DNA of 64,000 nucleotides from Christensenellales bacterium (GTDB taxonomy: Bacteria > Bacillota > Clostridia > Christensenellales > SZUA-584): assembly GCA_040768905.1 (NCBI GenBank), contig JAXGMA010000001.1, positions 1,619,806 through 1,683,805 on the forward strand. The letters run 5' to 3'. Positions 58,886 to 64,000 of this stretch are shown piece by piece. Position 1 is the stretch's first letter, and each line of letters opens with the position of its first letter. The notes under the pieces are model-generated. The model saw nothing but the letters and a program-made list of their open reading frames with translations, did no database searches and was not told the origin of the DNA. A program made the position numbers and the translations under genes.

Positions 58886-60178
58886 TTAATGATCCGGGAT
58901 CAATGTCAGAATCTGCTTGATCGGCAGGCAGTTTTCACTCGCCTCCAGCGACCTGCCGTGTTTGAGTATCTGCTCCGCCGTGCTCTGCATCGCCGGAAAC
59001 ATGCTCCTGATCAGATGGTTCGCATGGATCACGATATTCACGCCGTGCCGCGCCAGCTCTTCTTCTGTGATGGTGTTGTACGTCGTCGGCACAACCACTA
59101 TCGGAATGCTCTTGTTTGTCTTGCGGAACCGTTTACAGAATTCAATGACCTCATCCGGCTTGCCTTTGCACGAATGTATCATGATACCGTCTGCGCCCGC
59201 TTTAACATAGGCGTTGCAGCGGTTTATGGCATCCTCCATGCCTTTCTCCAATATGAGGCTTTCACAGCGCGCTATGATCATAAAATCAGAGGTCTTGAGT
59301 GCATTCTTGCCGGCTTTGATTTTTTCACAGAAGTCTTCAATACCGGCCTGCGTCTGGGCGGCCTCTGTACCAAAAAGCGAATTCTTTTTCAGCCCGTCTT
59401 TATCCTCTATGATGATGGCGGAAACCCCTTTGCGTTCCAGCGTGCGTATATTGAACACAAAGTGATCGGTGAGTCCGCCCGTATCACCATCCAGGATGAT
59501 CGGTTTGGTCGTGACATCCATGATTTCTTCGATCGTACGTATCCGCGATGTCATATCCACCAACTCGATATCCGGCTTTCCCTTCACTGTTGAATCACAC
59601 AGGCTCGAAACCCACATCGCATCAAACTCTTTGGTTCCCTTTATTGTCTCTACTTTGGTTTTTTCAGCGATCAGGCCGCTTAATCCGCTGTGTGCCTCAA
59701 TCACAGATAAACAGGGCTTGTAACTCAGCAGCTTTTTCAGCCGGGAGCGCCTGTTTTCCGGCATAGCCAGCACTTTATCGAGCTGCGTTATGATATCCTC
59801 AGTAGGCGTATGCGTATAAGGAAACTCGATAAGCTCCCCGCCCCACTGCTTAAGCTGTGCGATGACCCTCTCGCGGATCTCCGCCTGGTAACCGGTCGTC
59901 CAGTTGTCGCCGTGTACGACGATGTCAGGCCGCAGTTTCTGAAGTATTGCGTCGTATTCCAAAGAGTCCTGAACCACCACTTTTGAAACACACCGAAGGC
60001 TGCTGAACATCTCGATACGTTCCCGAAGCGGGATCAGCGGATACCGTTTGTATGACACGATCACTTCGTCCGTCAACACACCCACGGTGAGTTCCCCAAG
60101 TTGTGCAGCTTTGTTTAATATGTTCAAATGTCCGCAGTGGATGATGTCTGTGCTAAAACATGTATACACACGCTTCAT
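58886..60178 (-). CDS. Fusion of a HIGH-motif cytidylyltransferase-like domain (TagD-like) with phosphoenolpyruvate phosphomutase
   Basis: The N-terminal 130 aa contains CFSTDIIHCGHLNIL (HxGH). The C-terminal isocitrate-lyase/PEP-mutase fold carries EAHSGLSGLIAE, WVSSLCDS, ILDGDTGG, IIEDK and IARCES. Confidence 0.85.
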   Translation of the reverse strand: MKRVYTCFSTDIIHCGHLNILNKAAQLGELTVGVLTDEVIVSYKRYPLIPLRERIEMFSSLRCVSKVVVQDSLEYDAILQKLRPDIVVHGDNWTTGYQAEIRERVIAQLKQWGGELIEFPYTHTPTEDIITQLDKVLAMPENRRSRLKKLLSYKPCLSVIEAHSGLSGLIAEKTKVETIKGTKEFDAMWVSSLCDSTVKGKPDIELVDMTSRIRTIEEIMDVTTKPIILDGDTGGLTDHFVFNIRTLERKGVSAIIIEDKDGLKKNSLFGTEAAQTQAGIEDFCEKIKAGKNALKTSDFMIIARCESLILEKGMEDAINRCNAYVKAGADGIMIHSCKGKPDEVIEFCKRFRKTNKSIPIVVVPTTYNTITEEELARHGVNIVIHANHLIRSMFPAMQSTAEQILKHGRSLEASENCLPIKQILTLIPDH

Positions 60179-60912
60179 AGGGTGATCCTTTCTGATCCAA
60201 TCATGCTTTTGAATCGGGATGAATATACGCTTAAGTCTTCTGCATTATCAATCTCATTACAAAGCCGGCCGCCAAGCTCTTCAGTAAATAAATCCATTTT
60301 GTCCAATATGTTGTTAAGTGCTTTTTCGGCATAGACATCTCGCTGCCCGTTGGCACAAAACCTTTTGATCTGTTCAAGCCACAGCAGCATATCCTTTTTC
60401 TGCATATGGTAAATTGGCTGGCAGGCCACACAATCCGCTCCGAAGTACTCGATTCCGATCGCCTTGACCCTGCTGTCTGTTATCCTTGCCTTGAAATCCT
60501 TTTCCGGAAGCGGCGCAGAAGCGTCGACCGCGACGCAGCTTTTCCTCCTGTGCAGCAGATCACTCATCACCGAAGGCTCAAGCACCAGATCGCCGTGGAG
60601 CAGGATGATTTCATCATGTAAAAAATCGCTGGCGCAATCGATCGAGTAAATATAATTCGTGTTTTCATAATCCGGGTTGGCAATAAACTTGATATCCATC
60701 TTCACTTTCAGCGACCCGACATAGCCAGACAGCACATCGGCAAACGGGCCGGTGGTGATGATGGTTTCGCGGATGCCGGCCCTTTGGAGCAGATGCAGCT
60801 GCCAGCTTATGATAGAAAAACCTGCGCCGATATCCGCCATACACTTTGGTCGATCGTTTGTCAGCGCACCCATGCGCTTGCCGACCCCGGAATTCAATAT
60901 TAAAGCCTTCAT
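60175..60912 (-). CDS. LicC/PntC-like nucleotidyltransferase (NTP_transferase fold)
   Basis: It starts MKALILNSGVGKRMG (G-x-G-x-R loop) and is 245 aa. It overlaps both neighbours by 4 nt. Confidence 0.72.
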   Translation of the reverse strand: MKALILNSGVGKRMGALTNDRPKCMADIGAGFSIISWQLHLLQRAGIRETIITTGPFADVLSGYVGSLKVKMDIKFIANPDYENTNYIYSIDCASDFLHDEIILLHGDLVLEPSVMSDLLHRRKSCVAVDASAPLPEKDFKARITDSRVKAIGIEYFGADCVACQPIYHMQKKDMLLWLEQIKRFCANGQRDVYAEKALNNILDKMDLFTEELGGRLCNEIDNAEDLSVYSSRFKSMIGSERITL

Positions 60913-62048
60913 TGTCTTTTTCCGCCACTCAGATAAGCCATCAGCGCCTTTTTGTTCTCCAAAGGCGTCGTGTCTGGACGCCCAAGATCAGCCCTTGCGC
61001 CCAATGCCGCCATCACTTCGATCAGCGCCGTCCCGCGCTGCGCTTTGGCTTCATCAATACACTGTTTCAGCCCCGATTCATCCGATGTACGCCTGTGAAA
61101 ACCGTAACCGAACGATTTGGCAACTGCGCAAAAATCAGTCTCTCCCTTTGCCACAGGCATTCCGCCCACCGATTCGTGCGCCCCGTTATTCATCACGACA
61201 TGCACCAGATTGCCGCATTGACAACGCGCTGCGAGAAGCGCATTTCCAAGATGCATCACCATAGAGCCGTCTCCGTCAATGCACCATACCCTTCTGTCCC
61301 GTTTCTCAAGAGCGATGCCCAGAGCGATCATGGATGCATGCCCCATCGAGCCGACTGTCAGAAAATCTTGGGCATGCCCTTGTCCACTCGCTTTTCGGAT
61401 CTCAAAGAGTTCCCTTGACGCTTTGCCGGTCGTCGAGACGAAGATATCCGTTTCGTCCGCATTTTCCGCGATGATACGGATCGCCGCCTCCCGCGCCATT
61501 GTGTTGCTGTTTTTGTAGTCTGCTTTTTTCTGTGATGACAGTGCGCCTTTTCTTATAACAAAAGCGCTGCTTTTGCCCTGCTGCACATGCGCCGATGCCT
61601 GCCTGATCCACTGTGTGAACTCTTCTTCCGATGTCTCTTTGGACATGACATAACAGGCGATACCCAGCATGTCAAACATGGGCAATGTGATACTGCCCTG
61701 AAAAGCATGCTGCGGCTCATCTTTTACACCTGGTTCCCCGCGCCAGCCAATTACAAAAATGCATGGTATCGCGTATACGGCGCCGCTGAGCAGTGACGCG
61801 ACAGGGTTGACCGCATTCCCGATTCCGCTGTTTTGCATATAGACAAGTGCGGGTTTTCCCGTTGCCAAATAATGCCCTGCCGCAAGGCCGACAGCACCGC
61901 CTTCGTTGGCCGCCACGATATGTTTTTCGCCAATCCCATATTCGGTGTACAGAAGATCGCACAGAGCGCTCAGCTGTGAATCGGGCACGCCGTAATAACG
62001 GCTGACGCCTAAACTCTGAACCCCCTTTAAAAAAACCCTTACATCCAT
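60909..62048 (-). CDS. Phosphonopyruvate decarboxylase (ThDP-dependent)
   Basis: MDVRVFLKGVQSLGVSRYYGVPDSQLSAL...VYMQNSGIGNAVNP...GSMGHASMIALG...IDGDGSMVMHLG is the typical AepY/Ppd layout. The start at 62048 lies 1 nt after the upstream stop. The longer ORF-track N-terminus is rejected. Confidence 0.85.
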   Translation of the reverse strand: MDVRVFLKGVQSLGVSRYYGVPDSQLSALCDLLYTEYGIGEKHIVAANEGGAVGLAAGHYLATGKPALVYMQNSGIGNAVNPVASLLSGAVYAIPCIFVIGWRGEPGVKDEPQHAFQGSITLPMFDMLGIACYVMSKETSEEEFTQWIRQASAHVQQGKSSAFVIRKGALSSQKKADYKNSNTMAREAAIRIIAENADETDIFVSTTGKASRELFEIRKASGQGHAQDFLTVGSMGHASMIALGIALEKRDRRVWCIDGDGSMVMHLGNALLAARCQCGNLVHVVMNNGAHESVGGMPVAKGETDFCAVAKSFGYGFHRRTSDESGLKQCIDEAKAQRGTALIEVMAALGARADLGRPDTTPLENKKALMAYLSGGKRQ

Positions 62049-62049
62049 A

Positions 62050-64000
62050 CTAATTCTTTTCCTTGCTGGTGAGCTTATCGATGATGTATTGCCCCCCGAT
62101 CTGCGCACTCTGGCCGAAATGTGCGATATACGTCTGCATGATCTCTGATATCTTCGCAGCAAATTTTTCACTTGAGCCCAATAGCTCTTCAACGGCAGCG
62201 CACAGCTTATCAAGGCTGAGCGGATCGATACTTTTCCCGATCTGGCTGCGCAGCATTATTTCCAAAGGTTTGGCTTCGATCACATCGTATTGGGGATTAT
62301 TGATCTTAGGAGGCGTGTCGATAAAAATCACAGGCCTCTTTGTGACAAATGCGAACTCATACGCCGTTCCCGACCAGTCGGTAATGACAATATCTGAATT
62401 GAAAATCGAGCTGCTGTCCGAAAAATCCAGCTCAAAGGAAAGATCGTCTCCTTCATAACATTTATAGTGTTCCACGATGGCATTCATTTTCACGGCATAA
62501 CGTTTGACATACTCGGGATGCGGCCTTACAACCACCTTAAAGCCTTTGCCAAGCAATGCGTCGAGGATCTCATGGATGCAGCTGTCGAGGATATTGTGCT
62601 CCTGCCATGACGGTGCGATGAGTATCTTGCTGCTTTCGCGCTTTCGTTTGTCCATCATATCGTAACGCGACTGCAGTTCCTCGAGCATGGCGTAGCCGCA
62701 TAAAACAAGGTTCTTTTCCGGCAGATGATAATGCTGTTCTGTCTGCCGGATTTCATCTATCTGGAACGCACCGACACAAAAGATAGTATCGTAATGATCG
62801 AGCGCACCCTTTTTGAGAACCATGGTCGTGCTCAGCGGATAATGAAACATGTACACATATTCAATATCCTTTCGCACCAGCGAACGCTTCAGATGGTACT
62901 GCTGAAGATCCGACATCGTCATCACGAACATATCCGCCTCTATTTTCATAAACAGCACGATCAGCCTGTTGTCGTCAATATAATACGGGCGAAGCTGGGG
63001 GCTTTCTGATGCAAACACCTGGTCGTCTGGATCGCTCGTCACATAATGGATGACTATCTTCGAATTCTCTGTGATGTAGTCGATAACGCCTTTGAAATAT
63101 TTATAGAACCCGCTCTTTTCAGAATAAAAAACCAACTGTTTGACATTGTCTTCGTCAAAAAAGCGCCTGTAATCCTGCTTTGCCCTGGCTTTCTGTTCGG
63201 CGGTCGGCTTGAGCTTCTTTTCAAGCTCCCTGCTTTTTGCCAGTGCCAGCTTGCTCTTCTCCAAAGCCTCATAATCAATGTATTTTTTCGGGGGATACAT
63301 CAAATTGACAGCCAGCATCAGCAGCAGGGATATCAGATTGCTCAATATCCAGTAAAAGCCGACGCCTGCAGGCACGATAAAAGCGAAGTAGAATGAAAAA
63401 AACATCAGGAACAACGCCATTCCCCAGCGTCCGAACCATCCGGCCTCACGCTGCAAGACATTGACTTTATTCTGAACGGCCGAAAGCAGTACGGCACTCC
63501 CGCCGGAGAGGATCGGAACGAGCAGCATGATGTTCCACTCAAGCGCGGGTATAGCGGCCAGGTTGACACCCAAAAAATGAAGGTCAAGCGTCTTTATTTT
63601 CGCGATAGCGTCGGCAGCGCCGGAGACTGGGACACCCGAGAATGCGGTCGTATAGAACGGATCGTTGATCAGTTCGATGACTTTAAGCTGCGCACCGGAC
63701 CCAAGCTCTGCTGTACCAAGTATCTCAGACGCTTTTTGCACCAACGCATTGATGGTATTGGCATCAATGTGCAGCAAGTGCTGCAGCGGGTTATACACGA
63801 CGGCAATCAGCCCGAGGATGATCGGTATCTGTATCAGCAACGGAATCGTGCCGGCAAGGGGCTTATAATTCTCCTGTTTATATAACGCCAATTGCTTCTC
63901 GGCAACCGTGTCCCGGCTGCCGACACAAGACGCTGCGATCTCATTGATCCGCGGCTGAAGCTTTACCATTTTTATTGAATTTTTTTGCACCCATATGTTG
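62050..64000 (-). CDS. Fusion protein: YidC/Oxa1-like membrane insertase-type N-domain plus CDP-glycerol glycerophosphotransferase (TagB/TagF)-like C-domain. The 5' end probably lies beyond the window.
   Basis: The N-terminal part has KLQPRINEI...LALYKQENYKPLAGTIPLLIQIPIILGL and GVGFYWILSNL (YidC-family TM2/TM3-type motifs). The C-terminal 400 aa carries ILIAPSWQE, VRPHP, ITDWSGTAYEFAFVTKRPVIFID (TagF family). The frame is open to the window edge. Confidence 0.68.
   Translation of the reverse strand, partial: NIWVQKNSIKMVKLQPRINEIAASCVGSRDTVAEKQLALYKQENYKPLAGTIPLLIQIPIILGLIAVVYNPLQHLLHIDANTINALVQKASEILGTAELGSGAQLKVIELINDPFYTTAFSGVPVSGAADAIAKIKTLDLHFLGVNLAAIPALEWNIMLLVPILSGGSAVLLSAVQNKVNVLQREAGWFGRWGMALFLMFFSFYFAFIVPAGVGFYWILSNLISLLLMLAVNLMYPPKKYIDYEALEKSKLALAKSRELEKKLKPTAEQKARAKQDYRRFFDEDNVKQLVFYSEKSGFYKYFKGVIDYITENSKIVIHYVTSDPDDQVFASESPQLRPYYIDDNRLIVLFMKIEADMFVMTMSDLQQYHLKRSLVRKDIEYVYMFHYPLSTTMVLKKGALDHYDTIFCVGAFQIDEIRQTEQHYHLPEKNLVLCGYAMLEELQSRYDMMDKRKRESSKILIAPSWQEHNILDSCIHEILDALLGKGFKVVVRPHPEYVKRYAVKMNAIVEHYKCYEGDDLSFELDFSDSSSIFNSDIVITDWSGTAYEFAFVTKRPVIFIDTPPKINNPQYDVIEAKPLEIMLRSQIGKSIDPLSLDKLCAAVEELLGSSEKFAAKISEIMQTYIAHFGQSAQIGGQYIIDKLTSKEKN

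Overview
This is a chromosomal window from a moderately GC-rich, spore-forming Bacillota (Clostridia-like) genome. That assignment is inferred from a CIRCE/HrcA heat-shock operon, yqfC/yqfD sporulation genes and Bacillus-like synteny. Most of the window is conserved housekeeping DNA. It includes an inositol catabolism fragment (iolG-iolD-iolB) and the lepA-hemW-hrcA-grpE-dnaK-dnaJ-prmA-rsmE-mtaB-hit block. It also holds the rimP-nusA-ylxR-ylxQ-infB-rbfA-nrnA-truB-ribF operon, DUF512-der-plsY-lspA, lplA-lipA, and rpsU-nfeD-yqfC-yqfD-phoH-pgpH-ybeY-cdd-era-recO. A tRNA-Arg/His/Gln/Lys cluster follows recO.

Four regions look accessory:
- Truncated IS3 / IS256 debris at about 3.9-5.4 kb.
- A compact, roughly 6 kb integrative island next to tRNA-Ser (about 5.4-11.65 kb). 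Its layout matches a phage satellite (integrase, cI-like repressor, Cro-like, excisionase, prim-pol/helicase, iteron-like ori), and it carries an orphan cargo gene at the integrase/att junction.
- An AT-rich islet downstream of tRNA-Lys (about 53.3-54.6 kb) with an orphan membrane protein, followed by a decayed gene.
- A cell-envelope locus (55.4-64 kb). It has a repeat-rich LCP ligase convergent with a tightly coupled phosphonate operon (PEP mutase, phosphonopyruvate decarboxylase, Fe-ADH reductase, two nucleotidyltransferase modules) led by an unusual YidC-like/TagF-like fusion protein.

Smaller observations include a rimP gene with no canonical start codon, leader terminators upstream of rimP-nusA and of a sodium:solute symporter operon, and an rpsU leader hairpin. 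All functional calls come from reading the translated ORFs and motifs by eye. No database search was run.
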